Positions 1 to 8,707 of a stretch of DNA of 64,000 bases are shown piece by piece (positions within the stretch are counted from its first letter, which is position 1; each line of letters opens with the position of its first letter). A model generated the notes under the pieces. It was not told where the DNA came from and searched no databases. It saw only the letters and a list, made by a program, of their open reading frames with translations. The translations under genes were made by a program, and so were the position numbers. Origin of the DNA: Polyangiales bacterium (lineage in GTDB: Bacteria > Myxococcota_A > Polyangia > Polyangiales > Ga0077539); NCBI GenBank assembly GCA_044229975.1, contig JBGARZ010000003.1, forward strand, positions 512,001 through 576,000, in the 5' to 3' direction.

Positions 1-4
1 TTCC

Positions 5-580
5 ATGGGACAAGTCATCGACATCAACGAAGTCCGCCGCGGCAACAAACTCGACATCGACGGCGAGCCGTACCAGGTCGTCAGCGCGGACTTCCGCAAG
101 CCCGGCAAGGGGACGCCGTCGACCTCGATCAAGATGAAGTCGATGATCACGGGCAACGTGCTGGAGCGCACGTACAAGTCCGGCGAGAAGCTGACGGGCG
201 CCGACATCGAAGAGCGCGAGATGCAGTACCTCTACGCCGAGGGCGACCAGCTCGTGTTCATGGACAACTCGACCTACGAGCAGACCCACGTCGACGCGAA
301 GCACTTCGAGGAGCGCGGCTTCCTCCTCGACAACGCCATCTGCCAGGTGCTGCTCTACAACGGCGCGCCCATCGGCGTGACGCTCCCCACCTGGGTCGAG
401 ATGGAGGTCGTCGAGACCGAGCCGGGCTTCAAGGGCGACACTGCCAACAACGTGCTCAAGCCCGCCAAGTGCACCACCGGCGTCGTCGTGCAGGTGCCCA
501 TCTTCATCAACCAGGGCGACTGGATTCGCATCGACACCCGCACCGGCGAGTACTCCGAGCGCGTCGCCAAGACCCGCTGA
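5..580 (+). CDS. efp: Elongation factor P
   Basis: KPGKG loop with the modifiable Lys; C-terminal VPIFINQGDWIRIDTRTGEYSER; adjacent to epmA. Confidence 0.97.
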   Translation: MGQVIDINEVRRGNKLDIDGEPYQVVSADFRKPGKGTPSTSIKMKSMITGNVLERTYKSGEKLTGADIEEREMQYLYAEGDQLVFMDNSTYEQTHVDAKHFEERGFLLDNAICQVLLYNGAPIGVTLPTWVEMEVVETEPGFKGDTANNVLKPAKCTTGVVVQVPIFINQGDWIRIDTRTGEYSERVAKTR

Positions 581-623
581 TCGCCCCTCTCCTCCTCCAC
601 CCCTTAGACCCGCAGGTGAGCTG

Positions 624-1913
624 ATGCCCGTCGAGTGGTTCGACGCGGACCCGGAGGGTCACTGGCTCCTCTGCGGGCGCGTCATCGATCGCCCCTTCCC
701 CGAGACGGTGCTCCTCGCCGAAGGGGCCCATCGCATCCAGGTCAACGGCGCCTGCACCGTCGACCTCGAACCCGGTGACCTCGTGCGCGTCCGCGCCACC
801 GTCGACCACAACCCCGCGCAGCTCGTGGTGCCGCCCGACCGGGCGTTTCCCGTCTACGAGGCGTTTGAAGCGCAGAGCCTGCACCGCCCCACGCGCTCGC
901 CCTTCGCGCGCGGCAGCGAGACGTGGCGCCAGACCCAGGACGGCCTGCGCGCCCGCCTCGCCCTGCGCCACCACGCCAGCGACCGGGTGCGCGCCTACTT
1001 CCGCGCGCAGCGCTTCATGGAGGTCGAGACGCCCGCCATCGTGACGTGCCCCGGCCTCGACGTGCACCTCTCGGCCTTTGGCGTCCTCGGCCACATGCAG
1101 GCGACGCCCTCCGGGCTGCCGACGCCGTACGGCTTCCTGCACACCTCGCCGGAGCTGCACATGAAGCGGCTGCTGGTAGGCGGCCTCGGGCACTGCTTCC
1201 AGCTCGCGCGCTGCTTCCGCGCTGGCGAGGTGGGCCGACGGCACCAGCCGGAGTTCACCATGGTCGAGTGGTACCGCGCGTGGGCGGGCCTCGACGACGT
1301 GCTCGCGGACACCGAGCACCTCGTGCGCGCCGTCGCCGAAGTGGGCCCCTCCCCCGGCGTCATCCGCGTCGGTGATCGAACCGTCGACGTCGAGTCGGAG
1401 TTTGATCAGATGACGGTGCGCGAAGCCTTCGCGCGGTGGGCCTCGGACGTCGCCGATCCGGTGGCGCTCGCGACCGACGACGAGGCCGAGTACTTCCGTC
1501 GCCTCTCCGACGACATCGAGCCCCGCCTCGGCGCCGAACGCCCGGTCTTCCTCACGCACTTCCCCTCGGTGCACGCCTCGCTCGCGCGCCGCTGCGACGA
1601 TGACCCGAGCGTCTGCCTGCGCGCAGAGCTCTACGTCGCCGGCGTCGAGCTGTGCAACGCCTTCGACGAGCTCACCGACCCGACCGAGCAGCGCGACCGC
1701 TTCGACGAAGCACAGCGACGTCGCGGCGAGCTCGGGTTGCCGGTGTACCCCGTGGACGAGGACTTCCTCCGCGCCCTCGACGAGGGCATGCCGCCCGCGG
1801 CGGGCAACGCGCTTGGCTTCGACCGGCTCGTCGCGCTCGTCGGGGGCTGCGACTCCATCAACGACGTGATGGCCTTTCCGCACCCGCGGCACGGCTCCAT
1901 CCCGCCGCGGTAG
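624..1913 (+). CDS. epmA: EF-P lysine aminoacylase (GenX/EpmA) with N-terminal extension
   Basis: FMEVETP, LHTSPELHMKRLL, RHQPEFTMVEWYRA, ELCNAFDELTD, GNALGFDRL class II LysRS-paralog motifs; follows efp. Confidence 0.92.
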   Translation: MPVEWFDADPEGHWLLCGRVIDRPFPETVLLAEGAHRIQVNGACTVDLEPGDLVRVRATVDHNPAQLVVPPDRAFPVYEAFEAQSLHRPTRSPFARGSETWRQTQDGLRARLALRHHASDRVRAYFRAQRFMEVETPAIVTCPGLDVHLSAFGVLGHMQATPSGLPTPYGFLHTSPELHMKRLLVGGLGHCFQLARCFRAGEVGRRHQPEFTMVEWYRAWAGLDDVLADTEHLVRAVAEVGPSPGVIRVGDRTVDVESEFDQMTVREAFARWASDVADPVALATDDEAEYFRRLSDDIEPRLGAERPVFLTHFPSVHASLARRCDDDPSVCLRAELYVAGVELCNAFDELTDPTEQRDRFDEAQRRRGELGLPVYPVDEDFLRALDEGMPPAAGNALGFDRLVALVGGCDSINDVMAFPHPRHGSIPPR

Positions 1914-1982
1914 CGCTGTCGCGGCGCAGTCGTGCGAGTGAGGGTGGCTGCGCGGGGCGTCGGGTTGTATCAAAGAAGAGAA

Positions 1983-2735
1983 GTGCACCGGCGCCTGCCC
2001 ATCGTTGTCCTGCTCGCGGTGGGTCTGGTCGGATGTCTTCCCACGCCCGATCGCCCGCCCGGCGATCGCCTGGACTCGGGGGCCTCCCTCAACTTCGATG
2101 TGGCCGTCATGGACGTGCCGCCGATGGACGTTCCGGCCATCGACCGGCCGGTGGTGGTCGACGTCGGGCGCGACGTGGGCGCGAGGGACGTCCAACCCCG
2201 CGGTGACGGACCCGACCCTACCCGGCGCTACCCCGGCGGCCCCTACGGTCTGGCTCCGCCGGCGATCATGCAGCCGTTTCAGGTCAACGACTGCGGCGGC
2301 ACCCTCTACCGCTTCGACGGCTCGGACTGGATCCCGGCGTGGGGGACGGTGGTGCAGCTCACCAACGGCTACTGCGCAGGCTGCGACGACAACGCGCGCT
2401 TGCTCCAGCGCAGCGTCGTCCGCCCCTACCAGCAGGAGGGGATTCGGTTCGTGACGGTGCTCGTCGATGGAGAGACGCCCGGCGAACCCGCCGACATGAA
2501 CTTCTGCCGCTCCTGGGCGGCGTCCATGGGCATCGTCGGCGCGGGCGCTCCGCCCCACGCGATGGCGATCGACTTCGGCGGGATGCTGCGGCTGCACAGC
2601 CAGCCTCCGTTGACGCTCCCACAGTGGATCCTGACGGACGAAAACGGGCGCATCCTCTGGCGCGGCGCTGGTTCGGAGCAGTCGGCCACCATGCTCGTCG
2701 GCCAGATCCGCGACCTGCTGGGCCTCGGTCCGTGA
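1983..2735 (+). CDS. Lipoprotein with thioredoxin-like (TlpA/redoxin) domain
   Basis: Lipobox LVGC; MDVP low-complexity linker; YCAGC CxxC motif; LPQWILTDENGRI resembles the thioredoxin cis-Pro strand; start approximate (GTG). Confidence 0.6.
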   Translation: MHRRLPIVVLLAVGLVGCLPTPDRPPGDRLDSGASLNFDVAVMDVPPMDVPAIDRPVVVDVGRDVGARDVQPRGDGPDPTRRYPGGPYGLAPPAIMQPFQVNDCGGTLYRFDGSDWIPAWGTVVQLTNGYCAGCDDNARLLQRSVVRPYQQEGIRFVTVLVDGETPGEPADMNFCRSWAASMGIVGAGAPPHAMAIDFGGMLRLHSQPPLTLPQWILTDENGRILWRGAGSEQSATMLVGQIRDLLGLGP

Positions 2736-3202
2736 CGGTGCTCTCGCGGCGACGGTGGATCGGCACCGTGGGCGTCGCATCGCTTGCGGCGACGGGGGTC
2801 GGCTGCGGCGGCGATGTGGCCGTGACGCTCGTCGACGTGGGGACGGTCGAGCAGTGGCGGGCGACGCACTGGCGGCTCTTCGAAGGGCCGCGGGTCATCA
2901 TGGCGCGCGACGACCGCGGGCTCTTCGCGATGTCGGCGGTGTGCCCGCACCAGGGCTGCACGGTGAGCCCGGTCGAGGGCGCGGTGTGCCTCCCGCCGCA
3001 GGACGGGGCGACCTCCACCACGCCGACGCTCTGCTGCGCCTGCCACGGCTCCAGCTTCGACGGCGACGGCCTCGCGATCAACGGCCCGGCGGCGCCGGCG
3101 AGGCTCCAGCACTGGCGGGTAGAAGTGACCAACGGGCGGGTCGTGGCGCGCGTCAACGACCCGGTCGCGTCGAACACCCGCGTGTCGGGCGACGGTCCGT
3201 GA
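2732..3202 (+). CDS. Tat-exported Rieske [2Fe-2S] protein
   Basis: SRRRWIG twin-arginine-like signal then GVGC; CPHQGC and CACHGS Rieske boxes; GTGA overlap with upstream stop. Confidence 0.88.
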   Translation: MTVLSRRRWIGTVGVASLAATGVGCGGDVAVTLVDVGTVEQWRATHWRLFEGPRVIMARDDRGLFAMSAVCPHQGCTVSPVEGAVCLPPQDGATSTTPTLCCACHGSSFDGDGLAINGPAAPARLQHWRVEVTNGRVVARVNDPVASNTRVSGDGP

Positions 3203-3230
3203 GAGGCTCAACGGCCGTGCGAGGAGCGTG

Positions 3231-4601
3231 ATGGCGAAGGAGCCGGAGGAGAAGGTTCCGGGTCGGCTGGTGCGGACCCTGAAGGCGGGGTGGATGGGCG
3301 GCGCCGTCGCGTCGAGCTACCTGGGCGGCAAGATCGCCGACAAGCTGCGCGGCAGCGAGTCGCGCGCCGACGCGGAGCTCGGGCGACACCTCCAGAACGC
3401 GAAGCGCATCGCGGCGACCATGAAGGAGCTGCGCGGCCCGCTGATGAAGGTGGGGCAGCTCCTGTCGACGCACGCCGAGGCGCTGCCGGGGGAGTACGGC
3501 GAGGTGCTGCGCTCGCTGCAAAGCTCGGCGCCGCCGATGTCCTACGAGACCATCCGCGACGTCATCGAGATGGACCTCGGCGCGTCGCCGGAGGAGTTGT
3601 TCGCGGAGTTCTCGAAGACCTCGCTCGCGGCCGCGTCGCTGGGGCAGGTGCACCGCGCGACGTTGAAGGACGGCGCGAAGGTCGCGGTGAAGGTGCAGTA
3701 CCCGGGCGCGGAGGCTTCGGTCGACGGCGACCTGAAGAACCTCAAGCTGGGCGCCGCGATGGTGAAGCGGCTGCTGGCTGATACGGTCAACAACGACCGC
3801 CTCGACTTCACGCCGGTGGCCGAGGAGATCGCCGAGCACCTCGCGCAGGAGACCGACTACTGCCGCGAGGCGTACAACGCGCAGCTCCTGGGCAAGCTCT
3901 TCGAGGGCCAGGACTGGGTGGTCATCCCCAAGGTGCACACCCGCTACTCGGGGCTGCGAACCATCACCTACGACTACCTCGACGGCGTCGACCTCGGGAC
4001 CGCGCTCGCCAACCCCGATCAGGCGTACCGCGAGGCCGTGGTGACGAAGCTCTCGGACGCGTATTGGTTCCAGATGTTGCGCGGGGGCGTGCTGCACGCG
4101 GATCCGCACCCGGGCAACTACCGGGTGCTGCCCGACGGGCGGCTCGGCATCCTCGACTTCGGGTGCGTGAAGATCTTCGACGACGCCTTCCTCAAGGGCT
4201 TTACCGCGATGGTGAAGGCCCGCATGACCAACGACGACGAGGGCTTGAAGGACGCGATGGTCGCGCTGGAGCTGGTCTCCGACCGCGGCAACGCGGGCGA
4301 GCTGGCGGACATGGAGCGCATCGCGTCGTACTTCTCCGCGGGGCTGACGAAGGACGAGCCCTTCGACTTCTCGGAGTACAGCTACGTGCGCGGCGCCAAG
4401 GAGCTGGTGACCTACTTCCTCCAGCAGCGGCGCGTGCCGCCGTCGCAGCGCAACATGATCTTCATGACGCGGGTGGTGCTCGGGTACTACGAGTACTTCT
4501 CCCGCGCGCGGGCGAAGCTCAACTTCCGCCAGATGGTCTGGCGTTGGATCAAGGACGACTGGACCGGGCGGGCGATTGCGATCCCGCCCTACGGAGAGTG
4601 A
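3231..4601 (+). CDS. AarF/ABC1/UbiB family atypical kinase
   Basis: MKVGQ, AAASLGQVHRA, VAVKVQYPG, HADPHPGN, LDFG motifs. Confidence 0.93.
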   Translation: MAKEPEEKVPGRLVRTLKAGWMGGAVASSYLGGKIADKLRGSESRADAELGRHLQNAKRIAATMKELRGPLMKVGQLLSTHAEALPGEYGEVLRSLQSSAPPMSYETIRDVIEMDLGASPEELFAEFSKTSLAAASLGQVHRATLKDGAKVAVKVQYPGAEASVDGDLKNLKLGAAMVKRLLADTVNNDRLDFTPVAEEIAEHLAQETDYCREAYNAQLLGKLFEGQDWVVIPKVHTRYSGLRTITYDYLDGVDLGTALANPDQAYREAVVTKLSDAYWFQMLRGGVLHADPHPGNYRVLPDGRLGILDFGCVKIFDDAFLKGFTAMVKARMTNDDEGLKDAMVALELVSDRGNAGELADMERIASYFSAGLTKDEPFDFSEYSYVRGAKELVTYFLQQRRVPPSQRNMIFMTRVVLGYYEYFSRARAKLNFRQMVWRWIKDDWTGRAIAIPPYGE

Positions 4602-4608
4602 TCGGCCG

Positions 4609-5415
4609 ATGGGACGAACCATCGTCGTGGGTGACATCCACGGCTGCGCGTTGGAGTTCGACGACCTGCTCCGCCACGTGGGCTTCGCCCAGGGGGTAGA
4701 TCGCGTGGTGCTGGTGGGCGACCTCGTCGCGCGGGGGCCCGACTCCGCCGCGGTGGTGGAGCTCGCGCGCTCGTGCGGGGCGCTCGCCGTGCGCGGCAAC
4801 CACGACGAGAAGGTGCTGAGCTGGTGGCGCCACGAGCAGGAGCACGGCAAGCGCAGCGCCGATCGGAAGGTGAAGCTCTCCGAGCGGCACCGCGCGGTGG
4901 CCCAGGCGCTCACCGAGCGGCAGTTCGGGTTTCTCGCGGCGCTGCCGTTGATGATCGCGCTGCCCGAGCACGAGCTGCTGGTGGTTCATGCGGGCATCGA
5001 CCCGTCGAAGTCGCCGGTGGCGTGCGACGAGGAGACGCTGCTCACGGTGCGCTCGGTCGACGACGAGGGCCGCGCGAGCCGCAAGCTCGTGGGCACGCCG
5101 TGGGCGCAGTGCTGGAAGGGGCCGACGCAGATCGTCTTCGGCCACGACGCGCGGCGCAACCTCCAGCTCGAAGCGTTTGCGACGGGGCTCGACACGGGGT
5201 GCTGCTACGGGCGGCAGCTCTCGGCGATGGTGCTCGACGCGGGCGAGCCGGTGCCGCGCGACACCAAGGAGCGGGCGAAGCGGATCACCAACGTGACGGC
5301 GCGCCAGGGGTCGAGCCGGTCGCGCAGCCAGTCGCCGGTGAGGTTGAAGCCCAGCACCGTCAGCGTGATGGCGACGCCCGCGGTCACCGCGAGCCGCGGC
5401 GCCTGGAGCAGGTGA
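4609..5415 (+). CDS. Metallophosphoesterase (ApaH/PPP-like); C-terminal ~35 aa read from the antisense duplicated dppC fragment
   Basis: GDIHG, GDLVARG, GNHD, HAG, FGH, LDTG motifs. Confidence 0.9.
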   Translation: MGRTIVVGDIHGCALEFDDLLRHVGFAQGVDRVVLVGDLVARGPDSAAVVELARSCGALAVRGNHDEKVLSWWRHEQEHGKRSADRKVKLSERHRAVAQALTERQFGFLAALPLMIALPEHELLVVHAGIDPSKSPVACDEETLLTVRSVDDEGRASRKLVGTPWAQCWKGPTQIVFGHDARRNLQLEAFATGLDTGCCYGRQLSAMVLDAGEPVPRDTKERAKRITNVTARQGSSRSRSQSPVRLKPSTVSVMATPAVTASRGAWSR

Positions 5416-5548
5416 GCCGTTCCTTGATCGAGCAGCGCGCCCCACGATGCAGACGCACCCGGGCCCAGTCCGAGAAACGACAGCGACGCCTCGGCGAGCA
5501 CCACCGCGCCGAGGCCGAAGATCGCCTGCACCACCAGCGGGCCCGACG
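5308..5548. repeat. 241-bp direct repeat copy 1 (duplicated 3' end of the dppC-like permease)
   Basis: Matches 6496..6736 at offset 1188 with about 4 substitutions by eye. Confidence 0.95.
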
Positions 5549-5694
5549 ACGCAACGAGCGGCGGCGCAACGCGGGCACGATCGCGGGCCGCGAGGAGCGC
5601 CAGCGCGAAGAGCCGAAGGTACGTGGCTCGGACGGTACTCTGGTCGGAGCGGTGGGCGCTGGCTGCGCCGCTGCGAACCGACTAAAAAACACTC

Positions 5695-6389
5695 ATGCGC
5701 AAGCATTCCGTCGCCAACGGCCTCCGCGATGAACTGCTCCTCCAAGACCTCCGCAGGACGTCGGAGGAGCGCGTAGCGGACGCACTCGCGCTTGGGGCGC
5801 GAGACGTAGCTGCATACGCGAGCGCCAATGGAGTGAGCCGCCGGAAGGCCACCGAGGTGTTCCACGCGATGCGCGCCATGGGCCGCAAGCCGTCGGGATG
5901 TGCGGGTCCCCCTCTGGTGACGGCGAGCGCCCTCTCGATTGCGGTCTCGACCGCGCGCGCCGCCAGCGTGGACATCATCGTGATCGGCGCCGCAGCGATG
6001 GCGGTCGGCGGCATAGTGCGATCGACCACGGATCTTGACCTCCTCGCGATGGAGGAGCGGCTGCTTTGGCCGAAAACGTGGGACGCCGCCCGACGACTTC
6101 ATGTGGGAATCGACGTTCGTTGTGGCGACGAGATGGATCCGCTACGCGGCGTGGTGCGGATCGGCCCGCACGCCCGATTGCCCGTCGATGTAGTCGTGGG
6201 TAGAGGCCAGTGGATGCGCGACATCATTGCGCGAACGATCGCGCCCGATGGGCTCCGGGGCGTGTTCTCCGGCATCGAGCTTCCCGTGGCGAAGCTCTCG
6301 GACATCATCCTCCGCGCGACTGCCGCGAGCGCTGGACTCGAATCGGACCGCGCTGGTCCGCACGGGCAGCAAACAGTCGCGGGACCTGA
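5695..6389 (+). pseudogene. Small helical protein fused in frame to a nucleotidyltransferase-like gene, probably with an internal deletion/frameshift near 6312
   Basis: IGAAAMAVGGIVRSTTDLDLL (G-[GA]...DxD Pol-beta NTase motif), PVDVVVG, LPVAKLSDIIL; plausible C-terminal helix PRDCRERWTRI appears in another frame from 6312 and stops at 6389. Confidence 0.65.
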
Positions 6390-6485
6390 TCGACGGGTCG
6401 GTAACTGGAGCGAGTCCGTGTCAGCGACGGTCTCCGCGCGCTGCCCGGTTGGTCTCCCTGTGCGCTATGCGCCCTTCGCGCCTCC

Positions 6486-7283
6486 TTACCCTCGCGGGTC
6501 GAGCCGGTCGCGCAGCCAGTCGCCGGTGAGGTTGAAGCCCAGCACCGTCAGCGTGATGGCGACGCCCGCGGTCACCGCGAGCCGCGGCGCCTGGAGCAGG
6601 TGAGCCGTTCCTTGATCGAGCAGCGCGCCCCACGACGCGGACGCACCCGGGCCCAGCCCGAGAAACGACAGCGACGCCTCGGCGAGCACCACCGCGCCGA
6701 GGCCGAAGGTCGCCTGCACCACCAGCGGGCCCGACGCGTTGGGCAGCACATGGCGAAAGAATACCCGCGCAGGTAAAGCGCCCATCGCCCGCGCCGCGGT
6801 GACGAACTCCCGCTCGCGCAATCGCAGCACCTCCGCGCGCGCCACCCGGGCGTAGCCGACCCAGCCCGTCACCGACAGCGCCGCGACCAGATGGAACACC
6901 CCCGGACGTGCCACCAGCGCGAGCACCGCCATGTTCACGAGCACCGACGGGAAGGACTGCGCCGCGTCGGTCACGCGTGCTGCAACGGCGCCCACGCGAC
7001 CACCAATGAAGGCCGCGCCGCCACCGAGGAGGGTCCCGACGACGAGGGAGATGAGCACCGTGATGACGGAGACGGTTCCGGCGAGGCGGGCGCCATGGAG
7101 GAGCACCGAGAGCACGTCGACGCCGTTGTCGGCGGTGCCCAGCCAGTGATGCGCGGAAGGGCCTTCGAGGGAGTGCGCGAGGTCGATGGCGCGCGGCGAT
7201 CGGGGAGAGACCCACGGTCCCGTGATGGCCATCGCCGTGAAGAGCCCGACGAGGGGCAGACCGAGGCGCGCGCGGAGGTTCAC
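6486..7283 (-). CDS. Peptide/nickel ABC transporter permease (DppC/OppC-like)
   Basis: HWLGTADNGVDV, REFVTAARAMGA (EAA loop), [30 protein letters not shown]. Confidence 0.93.
   Translation of the reverse strand: MNLRARLGLPLVGLFTAMAITGPWVSPRSPRAIDLAHSLEGPSAHHWLGTADNGVDVLSVLLHGARLAGTVSVITVLISLVVGTLLGGGAAFIGGRVGAVAARVTDAAQSFPSVLVNMAVLALVARPGVFHLVAALSVTGWVGYARVARAEVLRLREREFVTAARAMGALPARVFFRHVLPNASGPLVVQATFGLGAVVLAEASLSFLGLGPGASASWGALLDQGTAHLLQAPRLAVTAGVAITLTVLGFNLTGDWLRDRLDPRG
6496..6736. repeat. 241-bp direct repeat copy 2 (inside the intact permease gene)
   Basis: Matches 5308..5548. Confidence 0.95.
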
Positions 7284-8218
7284 GCGGCGACCCGGATGCG
7301 CGGATCGACCGCGGCGTAGAGCAGGTCGACCACGAGCTGGATGATCGCCACGGTGATGCCGAAGGCGACCACACACGCGAGCACGACAGGCACGTCACGG
7401 CGCAGGAGCGCTTCGAGGAAGAGCAGCCCGAGGCCCGGTCGCTCGAAGATGCGCTCGGTGACCACTGCGCCGCCGAGCAGCGCCGAGAGCTGCGCGCCGC
7501 CGACCGTCAGCAGCGGAACGAGCGCGCTGCGGAGGGCGTGGCGGACGAGCACCGTGCGCTCGGCGAGGCCCTTGGCGCGGGCGGTGGCGATGTACGGTTC
7601 GCGAAGCACTTCGCGAAGTGCGCCGCGGCCCATGCGGGTGAGGATGCCCGCGAGGCCGGCGCCGAGGGTGAGCGACGGGAGCACCAGCGAAGCAGGACCG
7701 CTCGCATCGGGGCCGGGGAAGGGCAGCCACGGGAGGGCGACGCAGAAGAGGAGCACGAGCATCGGGCCGATCCAGAGGGACGGCAGGGCCATGCCGAGGA
7801 GCGAGACCACGCCGACGACGGCGTCGGTGCGGGTGTTGGGGCGTGTGGCGGCGAGGGTCGCGAGGGGGATGGCGATGGTCCACGCGACGAGCACGGCGCA
7901 GACAGCGAGCGCGACGGTGGAGGGCCAGACGGCGGAGACCTCGGCGAAGGCGGTGTGCTCGGGGTGCACGAAGGAGCGACCGAGGCCGCGAAAGATGAGG
8001 TCGCCGAGGAAGCGCACGTACTGCACCGCGAGCGGGTCATCGAGGTGGAGGGCCTGCCGGAGCGCGAGGCGATCGGCGGGGGTGGCGGTCTCGTCGAGGA
8101 GCACGTCGGCGGGGTCGCCGGGCAGCGCGTGGATGGCGACGAAGCTGAGCGAGGCGACGGCGAGCACCGTGAGCGCTCCGGCCCCGACGCGTCGGAGCAG
8201 AAACGCCAGCGGGTTCAC
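7280..8218 (-). CDS. Peptide/nickel ABC transporter permease (DppB/OppB-like)
   Basis: LPGDPA, YIATARAKGL, GAVVTERIFERPGLG, DLLYAAVDPRIR; GTGA overlaps at both ends. Confidence 0.93.
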   Translation of the reverse strand: MNPLAFLLRRVGAGALTVLAVASLSFVAIHALPGDPADVLLDETATPADRLALRQALHLDDPLAVQYVRFLGDLIFRGLGRSFVHPEHTAFAEVSAVWPSTVALAVCAVLVAWTIAIPLATLAATRPNTRTDAVVGVVSLLGMALPSLWIGPMLVLLFCVALPWLPFPGPDASGPASLVLPSLTLGAGLAGILTRMGRGALREVLREPYIATARAKGLAERTVLVRHALRSALVPLLTVGGAQLSALLGGAVVTERIFERPGLGLLFLEALLRRDVPVVLACVVAFGITVAIIQLVVDLLYAAVDPRIRVAA

Positions 8219-8649
8219 GGCAGGTTGGGGGCGCAGAAGCCGGGCGACAGGGAGACCGTGTCGATGAGGACGTTGCAGGTCTGGCCCGACGGGAGCGTTC
8301 CGGTGATGTTGGCCGTGTTGACGCAGGCGCGCGCGTCGGGGCGGACGCAGTGGTACTCGGGCGTGCGGCAGTCGCTGTCTTCTTCGCAGCCGGCCATGCA
8401 GTAGCGACGTTCGAGGCGCGGGGCGTGCGCGTCGAAGCCGATGCAGAGGGCCTCGTCGGGGCACGAGTTGGGATCGCAGCTCGGCAGGGTGCAGTAGCCG
8501 TTGGGCTGCGAGACGTCGCACTGCCGATCGCCGGTGGCGGAGCAGTCGGTGGAGGCCGAGCAGCCGTCGCCGATGACCTTCTTGCAGGCCCCCGCGGAGA
8601 GCCCGAGAGACAGCAGCAGCGCGAGGAGGGAGACGGGTCGGCGGTTCAT
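8215..8649 (-). CDS. Small Cys-rich lipoprotein
   Basis: Signal peptide with AGAC lipobox; IGDGC..STDC, GYCT, CPDEALC pattern typical of myxobacterial lipoproteins. Confidence 0.7.
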   Translation of the reverse strand: MNRRPVSLLALLLSLGLSAGACKKVIGDGCSASTDCSATGDRQCDVSQPNGYCTLPSCDPNSCPDEALCIGFDAHAPRLERRYCMAGCEEDSDCRTPEYHCVRPDARACVNTANITGTLPSGQTCNVLIDTVSLSPGFCAPNLP

Positions 8650-8707
8650 CGAGCGGGCGGAACCTACTGGAACCACTCCACCCGACGCAACCGTCGGGGC
8701 GCCACGG

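Noticed and set aside
5308..6736. Diversity-generating retroelement TR/VR pair
   Set aside because: Mismatches are not confined to adenines, most are synonymous, and no reverse transcriptase is present.
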